Shown here: positions 24,182 through 35,800 of the stretch, piece after piece
Layout: each line of letters opens with the position of its first letter
Position numbering within the stretch: the stretch's first letter is position 1
Source of the DNA: Cyanophora paradoxa CCMP329
Lineage: Eukaryota > Plantae > Glaucophyta
NCBI GenBank assembly: GCA_004431415.1
Contig: QPMI01000039.1
Span: 620,001 to 684,000, forward strand
Direction of reading: 5' to 3'
Length of the DNA: 64,000 nt
Notes under the pieces: generated by a model
Told to the model about the DNA's origin: nothing
What the model saw: only the letters and a program-made list of their open reading frames with translations
Database searches by the model: none
Made by a program: the position numbers and the translations under genes

Positions 24182-24857
24182 CGCTTGAATTGTGTTTGTC
24201 CTAGCTATGGTTGAATTGTGTGAAGTCCTCCGGGCGCTGGCTCGAATCCAGACAAGGCCGACTCGGAGAGAGCGAGCCCGAGGCCAATCGCTATGGCGCG
24301 GATTGCGATCGACGTCGACGGCCGCGGACATGGCCGACGGATGGAGAGGAGCAAACTGCAATACGCGGAATCGGCGGGGCCGCGAACTCCAAGCCGCCAG
24401 CGCACCCGGCCGATGAGAAGAGTCGCCCGCGCCTCGACCTCCGAGCCCGGAGCGCCGGGGCGAGTCGAGAGGACTAGAGATTCGGTCAAATTTCCTATTT
24501 GCTAGTTTGTCAAGCGAGAGGCACCGGTGGCGTACGCGTGGTCGCCAGACGCTCCACTGGGCCATCGATGATCAGTCGCGGCCCTGGTCGCCTAGATCAG
24601 CCTAATTATAAGCCATCAGACGCCGTTGCGGCAGCGCGCCTTGACGCTGACGGATCTGAACGCTTACCAGTATGGATCATGGATCAGTACTAGTCTGCTG
24701 CGGTGCCGGCGGCAGCACGCACCTGGCGAAGTCCACGGCCATCGTGGGCATCGGCTCCCGCGGCCAGCTCGAGCTCGGCGACGCATCCGATGGTGCCTAT
24801 GCGCCGCCTGGCCCCTCCGCCCTGCGCGCCGCCTCGCGCGCGCCCCGTGCCGCTCAC

Positions 24858-27800
24858 ATGGCGCGCGCGCCCTCTGCCTCAGTGTCGCCGAGCGACCACG
24901 AGTCGCGGAAAGAGAGCGCGCGGGGAGAGAAAGCGCCCGACGGCCCCGCCGCGAGCAAGTACAAGAGCCTCAGGAGGCGGCCCTCCTCGTGCGCTGCCCC
25001 GCAGTGCCCCGGCCCGCGCCGCGCCGCGCCGCGGCGACCGACGAGCGCCCCGCGCCCCGCAGCATCGCGTTCCTCAGGGCGGAGCTCGGGAACATCAAGA
25101 CGCTGCAGGGCGAGATCCGCCGCGTCATCGACGACCTCAGCCACGGTGCCTCGAGCTCGCGCGAGGCGTCGCAGCTAAGGCGGCGGCGGGGCGGGGCGGG
25201 CAGACGGCGGGGCGGGCAGACGCTCGCGAACTTCTCGGCGCCTGGCCTCCTCGGCGAGCACCTCCCGCCCGGCATCGTTCCGCTCTCGACGGCGCCCCCG
25301 GGGCCCCGTGTACTCCGCGGGCACGTGCGTGGCCGCGGCCGGGAAACCGCTCCTGAGGCCGGAACGTCTTCTTAAGGCGCCGCAGCTGGCAGTCTCGCTT
25401 TCGGGCCTCGACGCGTACGTGGACCGCGTCCGCATCTCCAAGAGCGGTGCGTCCGGGCAGCCGGCGATCGCGAGCAGATCGATTCTCCACCGCGATCTCG
25501 ATCGACGCGGCCGCAGGGTTCGTAGTGGTGGTCGCCAGGGACGGCACCGGGAAGCCCGCGCCATCGCCTACCGCGTGCGCCGCTCGATCTGTTCTCAGCT
25601 GAAGCTGAGCTAGCGCTCATGATCACGCTTCGCGCCCGGGGCGGCAGCGGCCGGAGGTAGTGGTGCGGCGGACGGCGCCCGGGGCAGAGAACCGCACGGG
25701 GACGACCATCGAGTTCGTGCCCACGGAAGAACTCTCGGACCCAGCCCTCAAGGCCCGCCCGCCCGCCCCGCTCGGCCCTTCTGCGCTCGCTCGCTCGCCT
25801 CGTGACCAGCTTCGCCCTTCCCCGCGCAGGCGTTCATGGAGGCGCTGCCGAAGGACATCTCCTCCCTGCCCCTCTCCGAGTCGAGCTCGGCAGCGGGCCT
25901 CCGGGCACGCGCCGCCTCGCTGCTGCCGCGCACCACGGTCCCCGGCGCGCGCGTCGAGCGGAGCGGGGAGGAGGCGGGGCGAGGCGCCCCCCTCATGAAC
26001 CGTGCGCCGCCTCGGGCTTCCCCTCGCGCTCCGATTCGGCGTCGACTCGGATCGCAGGGCTTGACTTCGAGGCGGAGGGGCGGGACTACGCCGGCCGCTG
26101 GCGCAAGCTCATCGGGGCGCCGGGGGCCCCTCCCAACGAGACCCTCCACCTCCTCATCGGCGTCGCCACGCCGAAGGACGGCGCGCGCGCGCTTCCCTCT
26201 CGAGCCGCGCCGCGGTCGGCGTCGCGCTCTTCCAACGCCGCGCAGAGCTGAACGCGGGGCTGAACGAGCTGACGGTCGCGATCATCATTGTCTCGGCCGT
26301 CTGCGGCTCGGCCGCCCTCGTCCTCGGCCTCCTCCTCATCGTCGAGGCGCGCCTGCGCGCCCCGCTCTCCCTCGAAGGATCTAGCTGAAGCTCACTCGGT
26401 CCGGGCGCAGGTGCGGCGCGTGATGCGGCGCTTTGAGCAGGAGATTGCCCTCGTCTCGTTCTTCTCGCTGGACCCCGCCGCCACGGGCCCCGCGCCCCCG
26501 TCCCGCCGCCCCTCCGCACGCTCTTCCCGCTCCGGCTCCGATTCGAGCGGCGCCCCGGCGCCGGCCGCCCCTCCCGGCGGCCGTCACTTTCGCGCCGGCG
26601 CGGCGGGGCTTGTGGGCCTCGGCGCCGTCCTGGCGCCCGCCCCGGCGCCCGCCGAGCCGCCGGACGCTGAGGCGGCGGGCCCTCCGGAGGACCACGGCTC
26701 GCACGCGGTGCACAGCCCCATCTCGGAGCTCGACCGCGTAGGGGCCGCCCTCGCCAAGATGCGGTCCGCTGTTCTCTTCCAGCTTGAGAGCAGCTTGTCC
26801 TAGGCCTGCGGCATCGGATCTAACGCTCGGGTCGGGCCGGGTCGGTTCGGGTCGGCAGGCAAGCGGTCCTCGTCTCCTCGTCCGTCTCCGACGCGCTGCT
26901 GGTCGTGGGGGCCGGCGCCGGCGCCGGCGCCGGGCCGCCGGGCCGCTCGGCGGCGCCCCTCGTGCACATGAACGCGGCGGCGCGGCGGATGTTCTACCCC
27001 CCCTGGGCGCCCCCCGGGGAGGTGGGGGGGGAGCTGGCGCGGCGCCCGCCCGTCCTGCAGTACTTCGCGCCGCGCGACTGGCCCGCCCTCGCCGCCTTCC
27101 TCGCCGACCCCCGCGCCGAGGGGGACACCCTCGAGCTCGACGCCGTCGCCCGCCCCGCCCCGCTCCCCCACGACCCGACCGCCTTTTCTCCGCCCTTCGG
27201 CCCGGGCGCAGCCGCCGCGCCGCGCCCGAGCCCCTTCGAGATCGACATCTCCGTCGGCCGCGCCGGCCACGCCTTCGTCGCCGCAGGGGCCGTTCCTAGG
27301 CCCCCGGATCCGACCCCCTTCGCGTTCGGCCCCGCCGCGGACGCGGCCGCGGCCGCCGTCGGGCGGGTCTTCCCTGTGGAGATCTCGGTCGGGCGCATGG
27401 CCTTCGAGCACCAGGACCTCCAGGTCCGCCCCGGGCCCGCTCCGATCGAGCTGCGCGCCCCGATGCCGAGTGGCAGGTGCTGGTGGGAGCTGCGCGCCCG
27501 ATGCCGAGCGGCAGGTGCTGGTGGTGCGGGACGCGACGCAGCGCAAGGCGATGGAGCGCTCCGTCCTCCAGAGCGAGCTCCGCGCCCGCGTCCGCGGCGC
27601 CGAGCTCCACGTGCCCCGCCCTCCCCGCTCCTCTCCTCCTCCGCTCCTTCTCTACATCTTCCGCAGCGTGTGCTGGACAGCGCGGCGTGCCCCTTCATCG
27701 GCGTCGACCGCGCCCTCCTCATCACCTCCTGGCGCGCCTGATTTGGGCTCTACGCGACCCCGTCTCACGCTCTTCTTCCCCGCAGGAACGCGGCGTGCGC

Positions 27801-30800
27801 GCGCCTGACGGGCGTGCCCCCCGCGGCGGCCGTCGGGCGGCCCTTCCTCGCCCTCGTGGAGGCCGCGGAGCGCGGGGCGGCCGAGGCGCTCCTCGCGCGG
27901 GTGCTCGCGGCGGGGCCCCCGGCGGCCGCGACGACCGCGGGGCCCGGCCGAACCGGTCGAGGTCACTCTGAAGGCGCACCCGCCCTCCCCTCCGCCTCTC
28001 CTTCTCCTTCTTATCGGGCGGGCGGGGCGGGCGGGGGGGGCCCGCGGGTGCTGCGGCTGCTGCTGGGGGCGACGGCGCGGCACGACGCCGAGGGCCGCGT
28101 CGTCGGCGCCATCGTCGTCGGCCAGGCCCGCGCCGCATGCTCGCCCATGCCAAAGCCGGCTCCAGAGCTCTAGATCTGGCGCCCCCGCCCGCGCCGGCGC
28201 CGGCGCCGGCGCCAGATCTAGAGCTTCGCTTAGCGCTTAGCTTCGCTTCGGCGCGCCCCATGCTCGCCCACGCTGGAGCCAGAGCTCTGCTGAGCGCTCG
28301 CTCGCGTTCACGCGCCGCAGGACATCACGGAGAAGCGGCGCCCGATCGAGGCCGAGGCCGTCAACGAGGCGCGCGCGCCCCTGCGTTCCGCCCGCTCCGC
28401 CCGCTCGACGCCCGCGGGACGCGCAGACGAAGAACAAGTTCCTCGCCTACGCCGTCCACGAGCTCCGCACGCGCGCCCGCAGCCCGCCGCCCCCGCCCAG
28501 CCCCCGCCCCGCCCCGAGCCGCCGGGGCATGGCAGGCCGCTGGACGGGATGTTCGGGATGGCGGAGGCCGCTGATGGCAGGCCGCTGATGTTCGAACATC
28601 ATTAGTCGAGGCGGAGGGGAGAGCGCGCTGGACGCCGAGCAGCGCGACCTCCTCGCCAACCTCCGCCTCGGCCCGCCCCTGTCCTGCCCCGGGCCGCCGT
28701 CTCGGCTTGACTTGCGCCGGGCGCGCGCGCAGCGTGCGAGCAGATGCTGCTGACCGTGAACGACCTCCTCGACGCGCGCCCGCCCCGCGCCCGCCCCGGC
28801 CCCGCCCCGCCGGAGCCCCGCTCGCCTGACGCCCGCCGCAGCTGCAGAAGATCGACGCGCGCCGCCCGCCCCGCCCCTCCCCTCTCGCCCCGGCTAGATT
28901 CTTTGACGTACCCCCCTTCATTCGCAGGCCGGGAAGATGGCGCTTGAGAGCATCGAGTTCGACCTGCGCGCCGCCGTCGAGGAGGTCGTCGAGGCGCGCC
29001 CGAGGCGAGCGGGCGCCCTCCGGAGCCGCTTACGCCCCCGCAGGTGGTGGCGCCGACGGCGTTCGGGAAGGGGGTCGAGGTGGCGAGCCACGTGCCCCCG
29101 GAGGCCCCCGCCCGCCTCCTCGGCGACCCCCACCGCCTCAAGCAGGCCCGCCCCCGCCCCCGGCCCCCGGCCCCCCGCCTCGAGGCCCTCACGCCGCCTC
29201 GCGCGCGCCGCCTCAGATCCTCGCAAACTTCGCATCGAACGGCGTCAAGGCGCCCTCCTCCCGCCCCGCGCCCCCCGCGCCCCCCGCGCCGCCGACTCCG
29301 CAGCGCGCCGCAGTTCACGCAGCGCGGCCACGTCGTCGTCTCCGTGCGGCTCCTGCAGCCGCCGGGCCCGGCCCCGGCCCCGGCCCCGGCCCCGGCGCCC
29401 GCGCCACGCTCCGCTTCGAGACCCGCGACACCGGCGTCGGCATCCCCAGGCGCGCCGCCCCGCCCGTGCCGGGCCGGGGCGGGGCGCCGGCCCTAGAAAC
29501 GCGCGCGGGGGGCAGGGAGGGCCTGGAGCGCATTTTCAAGGATTACGCGCAGGCCGACCAGAGCATCACGCGGCGCGCCCCGTCCCGCCCCGGTCCCGCC
29601 CCTGCCCCGAGCGAGCGCGGGGCGGGGCGGGGCGGGCAGGATGTTCGGGGGCACGGGGATGGGCCTGGCGATCGCGAAGCGGCTGGCGGAGCTGATGGGC
29701 GGCGCCGTCGGCGTCGCCTCCGTCCCCAGCCGCGGCAGCGTCTTCCACCTCGAGCTGACCCTGCCCGTCGCCCCCGGCCCGACCCCGCCCGCGCTCCCGG
29801 CCCTGGGCGTGGAGACGGAGGCGGAGGCGGGGCGGCCGGCGGTGCTGGTGCTGCACCGCGACGCGGCGGTGGCTGAGATCCTCTGCGACTACGCCGCCGC
29901 CCTCGGCTGGCGGCCCCTCCCCGGCGGCGGCGCCGGCCCCGCCGGCGACGACGAAGGGCCCCGCGTTGTCCTCGTCGACGACGGGTACGACGAGGGCGGC
30001 GAGGGCGAGGCCGGGGGCGAGGGCGGCGGGCCGCCGGCGCTGCCGGCCGGGGCGGCCGTCGTGCGTCTGGTGGACCCTGTGCCCCACGCCCGCCGGCGCG
30101 CCGCGCGGAGGGCTAGCGCCGGCGCCGGCGCCGGCGGCGGGCTGGAGCTGCGGAAGCCGGTGCGGCTGCACCGCCTCGCGGCGGCCCTCGCGCGCACCCG
30201 CGAGGCCCTCGCGGGTTCCGCGCGGGCGTCGCCCTCCGGACCGGCCGCCGCGGGCCCGGAGCCTGCGGCGGAGGAGGAACGCGAGCCGCCGCTCGCGGGC
30301 GCCGCGGCGGCTGGCGCGGCGGAGGGCGCGGCCGCGGGCGGGAGTCCCCAGCGTCGCCTGGGGCCGAGCCGGCGCCGGCGCCGGCGGCGGGGGCGAGCAG
30401 CCGGCCGCCAGCCCAGGGCCAGCAGCCGCCGCAAGGCAGGGACCGCTGGAGGACGGCCTGGGGCGGGCGGCGGCCCCCGCCGGCCTCGCCGTCCTCGTCG
30501 TCGACGACGTCGACATGAAGCGCGTACCCCGCGCCCCGCCCGCCCCGCTCCGCCGAGCTGACCCGCCCGCCCCGCGCAGCCGCAAGGTCCTCCTCCGGGC
30601 CCGAGCGGTGTTCCCCCGTCAGGTGTGCGCGGCGCTGCTGCGGCGGGCGGGGCTGGGCCCGGGCCTCGAGGTGGAGACGGCGGTGCACGGCGCGGAGGCG
30701 GTGGCGGCCGTGCGGCGGCGGCGGCCGCGGGGCGCGCCCCCTTCGACGTGATCTTCATGGACATCGAGGCGCCCCGCCCTCCGCCCCGGCCTCTCCCCGC

Positions 30801-31299
30801 CCCGGCCCCGCCGAGCGGCGGGGCCCCGGCCCGCAGATGCCGGTGAAGGACGGGCGGCAGGCGAGCCGCGAGATACGCGCCCTGGTGCCCCCGCCCCGCC
30901 CCAGTCCCTGCACCCGCCTCCGCGTGCGGCGCCGAGCGGGCGCGCGGGCCGCAGGAGGCGGCGGGGGAGACGCGGGGCCCGCCCTCCGCCATCGTCGCCC
31001 TCGTGCGCCGCGCCCGCCCCGCCGGCCCCGCGCCCCGCCGGTGCCGAGGGCGGGCCGGCTCGGGCCGGGGCCGGCTCGGGGCCGGCGGGCGGCAGACGGC
31101 GAACGCGCTCGGGGAGAACGAGGAGAACGGGCTTGACATGGACGACTGCCTCGTCAAGCCCGCCCCGCGCCCCGCCCCGCTCCAGCCGGCCCGGCCCGAC
31201 GCGCCCCGCAGGCCGCTGCGGAAGGAGCAGCTCACGCGCGTCGTCGAGCGCTTCCGCGCGGGGCGGGCGGCGGGGGCGGCGACGGCCCGGGAGCCCTGA
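24858..31299 (+). CDS. Hybrid sensor histidine kinase (partial Cache - TM - HAMP-like - PAS - PAS - HisKA - HATPase - pseudo-REC - REC), 5'-truncated and joined to the first two exons of gene B; possible pseudogene
   Basis: Cache-like LAVSLSGLDAYVDRVRISKSGFVVVVARDG; TM VAIIIVSAVCGSAALVLGLLLIV; PAS/PAC FPVEISVG..VLVVRDATQRK and IGVDRALLITSWNAACARLTG..GQDITEK. H-box KNKFLAYAVHELRT; NDLLDLQKIDAGKM; GDPHRLKQILANFASNGVKFT; DTGVGI; GGTGMGLAIAKRL. Receiver VLVVDD..DVIFMDIEMPVKDG..ALTAN..LVKP. Apparent frame slips at ~30340 and ~30712. Confidence 0.85.
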
Positions 31300-32201
31300 T
31301 CATGAGGGGAAGCCGCCGGGCCCTCGCTGACTGCCCCGCCATCCTTCCGCTAAGCTCCTCGAATATAACAGACCGTGCCCGCTGCCTCGAGCCGCTAGAT
31401 TCGACAGAGCTCTGCCTTCCTGGCGGGCGTGACGGGAGCTGTGCTAGGCCCAGGGCGGGTTCTCGAGGAGGAAAGCGCGGAGCCGGTCCAGGGCGCGGCG
31501 CGGGCGGCGGTGCGAGATCCTGTTCTTCTCCGCCCGCTCCATCTCCGCGAGCCTGGCGCCCCGTTGACGTCGACTTCGGAAGGAGCACGTGCACGCCGTG
31601 ACGGGGGCGGGGTAGCTACGAAGTATAGCGCACGTTTGGCTGGAGCCGTTGGGCTGGAACGGCCACGTCCACTCGGAGTCTCAGGGCCGATTTCATCGCA
31701 CCGGCAGTGCCACGGTGCGCCCTGGTTGAATGATCCGTCGATCGCGCCTGCGCCGCGCAGGAGGGCCGGCGCCGCACGCAGTCGACGTTGCGACCCGATC
31801 AAGCCCAGCCAAGTGCAACCTCTACCCCGTAGCGGCTCCAAGCCTCGAAGGTTCGAGTCTAAGCCGAGGGCAGGTGCCGCTGGAGGCCTCGCGCAGCGCT
31901 GTTCGCCGCGCGCAAGCGCTCGTCCGCCGTGCGCTTCAGCGACGCCTCTGTCAGGTCGTCGCACAGGTCAGGGCCGGTGGTCAGGCGGCCCTCTAGATCT
32001 GTCAGGTCGTCAGCCTCTGTCAGGCGGCGGTCAGGCATGTCACGAGGCGACAGAACCCACCACGCTAAACCATTGCACAGGCGCGTCAGGTGTGTCGCTT
32101 CTGGAGCTCAGGCACCGCGCGCAGTTCGTCGCAGTTCTGTAGGCACAACGGCAACACACTTCGACATAAATCCGCTTGAGCTCTCCCGCGGCCGTCTGGT
32201 C

Positions 32202-32657
32202 ATGGATCCCGCGGCCGTCTGGGCGGCATGGTGGTTCCATCATAATGAGCAGGCTGAAGCTCGCCGGCGGAGGCGTCTGGAAAAAGCAGCGGCCGAAGCT
32301 CGAGCTCGGGAGGAGGCGGCGCTGCAGCGTGCCTCGTTCGAGCGTGCCGCGTTCGAGCGTCAGCAGCAGCGAGCGCAGAAAGAGCAAGAGCGAGAGCGGG
32401 CACGTAGAAAGGAGCGGCAGGAGTGGCTTGCCGATCAATTGCAGCAGCAGCGCCTTTTCACTTTCGCGCTCCTCGCTGGCCTTCTCCTCCTGGCGGCCTA
32501 CATTCTCTTCTACATGCCGGCCGCGTCAGCCCCGCCGCCCGCAACCGCGCAGATGGCGATGGCGCATGCTCCGCAGAGGCAGCTCCCCGGCGGCACGCGT
32601 AAGCAGCAGCTGCCCGGGCGCGTGCCGGCAGGCGCCGGCGGCCACCGCCTCCCGTAG
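32202..32657 (+). CDS. Intronless small coiled-coil protein with one transmembrane helix
   Basis: MDPAAVWAAWWFHHNEQAEARRRRRLEK... with an E/R/Q-rich helix, then LFTFALLAGLLLLAAYILFYM; 151 aa. Confidence 0.6.
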   Translation: MDPAAVWAAWWFHHNEQAEARRRRRLEKAAAEARAREEAALQRASFERAAFERQQQRAQKEQERERARRKERQEWLADQLQQQRLFTFALLAGLLLLAAYILFYMPAASAPPPATAQMAMAHAPQRQLPGGTRKQQLPGRVPAGAGGHRLP

Positions 32658-32837
32658 CGATGTTCGTCGTTCGCGGATCATGCTTTTGTTATCGAATCCG
32701 AGATTTGATCCGAGGACCGGGGAGAACGGCGGGAGGGGCGGGCCGGGGTCCAGGCGGGCAGGGCCTTGGGGGGGTTCGGGGGACTGAGGACTGCTATCGG
32801 ACTCCGAGACTCGGGATTGCCATCGGTCTGCAGACGG

Positions 32838-35800
32838 TCACTCGGCGGCCGGGGCGGCCTCGCCTCCGCCGTCGCCGAGCAGCGCCGCAGCCGCCGCGTC
32901 CTCCTCGTCCGCCCCCTCCAGCGCCTTCGCCGCCTGCGCACCCGGGTTAGAGGGGGGGGGGGGGGGAGATAAGGGGTACGCGGGCGGACCTTCTTGGCGA
33001 AGAGGCAGCGCGGGAACTCGCGCTTGACGTAATCGTTCCACTTCGGCGCGAACTGCGCAGGGAGCCGCGCCGGTCAGGGGTACGTATCTTCCAAGTCGAG
33101 GTGGGGGTACGGGGCGGGCGCACGTTGGAGTACTCGAGGCGGCAGGCCTCGTGCGCCTCGGCGCTCTTCTCAACCCAGCCGCGCGTCACCGCGTTAAACT
33201 GCTCGTCGCTTCGCTCCACCATGTTCGCCCGCAGGCACTGCCCGGCATCGAATTAGGCCGTCGACTAGGAAGCGCGAGAGGGTCTGCGAAGCGCACCCGC
33301 TCGGGGCTGACGCCGTCGCTGCGGCCGCCGTTGGGGTGCACGCAGAGGGACGCCAGCAGCGTGCTCTTGCTCCCCTTGCACTGCGCGCCCGCCGGGCCCC
33401 GCCGTCAGACGACAACCGCGCCCCGCCCCCCGGCCCCTGCCGCCTACCTTGGCCTCGAAGGCCTCCAACGCGGCGCGCTTCTGGCGCAGGTCGGCCTCCA
33501 TGCGGCTCATGAACTCGCTCTCCACGAACCGCGTCGGCTCGAACTGCGGCCCCCGGACCCCCGGCCCGCCTCGCACCGGAGCGTGGAGCGGGGGCGGCGA
33601 GGGCGGACGACCGCTCACCTTGGCCTCGGCGGCGTCCGCCTCCTTCTTCTTGCGCTCCTTGGCCGCCAGCTCGCGCTCCTTGGCGGGGTCCATCGGCACC
33701 GTCCTCGGCCGCACGTCGCCCCCGCCCGGCCGCGTGTGGTTCTGCACCCGACACGATCTCAGCGGCGCAGCCGGCGCGCCGAAAGGCAAGGCCGGCTCGC
33801 TCGCCTTCTGGCACTTGGTCTCCTGCTCGCGCCGGAACTTGATGTCGTTCAGCATCCGCTCGTAGAAGGCCCCCGCGTCCGCCGGCTCTGAGGGACGAGA
33901 GATGGTGTGAGGAAAGCAAGGAGAGGAAAGGGGAAGGAAAGGGGAGGGCCGCACGGGAGAGGGCGGCGCGCTTCTGGAACTCGAGCGTGCGGCTCTCCGT
34001 CAGCTTGTCCCGCTCCTTGCTCTGGAAAAGAAAGAAAGGTTAGCCGCAGAACGAGAACGAGGAGGAGGGCGCCGCGCGCCTTGTGCTCGGCCTCCTTGTA
34101 GAGCCGCATGGTGAGCTCCTCGACGTTCCCCGGCTGCTGCTCGCCGCGGTAGGGCCGGCTCTGCCTCCTCCCACCGCTGCATCTCCAGCCTCCTCTGCTC
34201 CTCGCTCTTCCGCTTCGCCTCCTCGCTCAGCCGCTTCGCCGTCTCCAGCACCTGCCAGGGCTGACCCGAAGCAGCGCGAAAGGGAAGCTTAGGCGGACCT
34301 CGCTGAGGGGCCGGATGAGGCGCCCTATCTTGACGGGCGTCGGCGAGCCGGCCCCGCTCAGGCCCGCCGCCGAGTGCGTGTGCGAGGGGCTCCCCGACAT
34401 GCGCCGCGACGGCGTGCCCGACGCCGCCCCCGGCCCCGCCTCGGCCGACTCGTCCGGCGACTGCGAGCGCGTGTGCGGCGGCTGCGGGCTTGGCGACGAC
34501 CGCGCGCTCCCCGCCGAGGAGCCCGCCCGCAGAAGCAAAGGGCCCGTGCCGCTCAGCCCGAGGGACGAGGCGCTGGCGGCGCCCGCGGAGCCGGCGCGCA
34601 GGCCGGCGCGGCTCCTGCTCCCGCTCGCCCGCGAGAGGGGCCGGCTCGACGACGCCGACGTGGAGGGGCGCGCCCGCTCGCTCGCCGCCATCTGCCTCGC
34701 GCCCGCCCGCCCCCGTCAGCTCAGCGGCGCTCGCTCGCCTTCCTTTTGCGCGGCGCGCGCCTTTCGGGCGAGGGCGAGGATGGCGGCGCGGGCGGAGAGG
34801 GCGCGCTCCGTGGCGGGCCCCGGCGCCCACTTGCCCCGCGCCGCCTCCGCCAGCGCCGTCGCCAGCCGCGCCTGCGCCCGCCCGCCCGCCCGCTCGTCAG
34901 CGACTCGCGATCGGGGACTCAGTGCCAGAGGCGCAGCAGCGCGCACGAGGGCGGCGGTGCACTCGTCGTTGGCGGTGCGCGCGGCGGAGACGAACGCGTC
35001 GACGCCGGCGCCCGCAGCGCGTCCATCCACGCCATGAACTGCGCGCGCGGGATCAAATCAGCCCAGCGCCGAGCGCGCGCGCGCCTGCGGCCGGCCCGCC
35101 GGCCGGCTCGCCTGGGCCCCGTCCTCGTGGCCCATGCCCTCCGCGACGCCCGCCAGCGCCAGCGCGATCTCCCGCCCCGCCGCCTCCTGCCCCTCCGGCG
35201 TCGCCTGCCCCCGCGCCCCCCGGGGCCCCCCTCAGCTCGCTCGAGGCCTGAAGCCGAGGCAACGGCGGGACCCGGCCGCCGCACCCGCGCGCCGCTCGCG
35301 ATCTGGTCCACCGCCCGCTGCACGAGCCGCCGCACGCGCTGCACCCCCTTCTCGAACGCCCTCCCGAGCTCCGCCAGATCCTCCCCGGGCCCTGCGCGCC
35401 TCTCAGAGCGGGCGAGGCGGGCCGGCGGCGGCGGGGCCTTCGGCGTCGTACCCTGCAGGCGCTCAAACAGGGTACGGTAGAGCGCCGCGAAGGCCGCGCC
35501 ATAGTCCCCGGGGAGGATGTCCGCGCTCAGCTCCTGCGGCAGCAGTTCGGAAGGGGGCTACAGCGGACCAGGGAGAGGGGTACGGGCGCACGTCGCGGGC
35601 TGAGAAGTCGAGGAAGGCGGCCGCCTCGCAGGAGCGGAGGGCGTGCAGCAGGCGGGGGTACTCCACCAGCAGCGCCGAGCGCACCAGGTCCTGCGCCCCC
35701 GCCCCCGCCGCCCTGAGCCAGAGCCCACCCGGGGAAGGAGAAGGCGGGGGCGGCACCTCGGGGTCGTAGTAGACGACCACGAGGCTGGCGCTGCCGGCCG

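Larger units (their letters stand above)
1..25221 (+). repeat. Tandem segmental duplication of an [A gene - B gene - spacer] unit, about 2 periods with parts of 3 copies in view
   Basis: A-gene stops at 354, 13290 and 24181 (periods 12.9 and 10.9 kb). B-gene ATG contexts at 1220, 13988 and 24858. Long near-identical stretches (e.g. ~3840-4390 vs ~16900-17450) and homologous spacer blocks (6917-7120 vs 19974-20200; 8870-9050 vs 21315-21500). Homology ends at ~25221. Confidence 0.92.
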
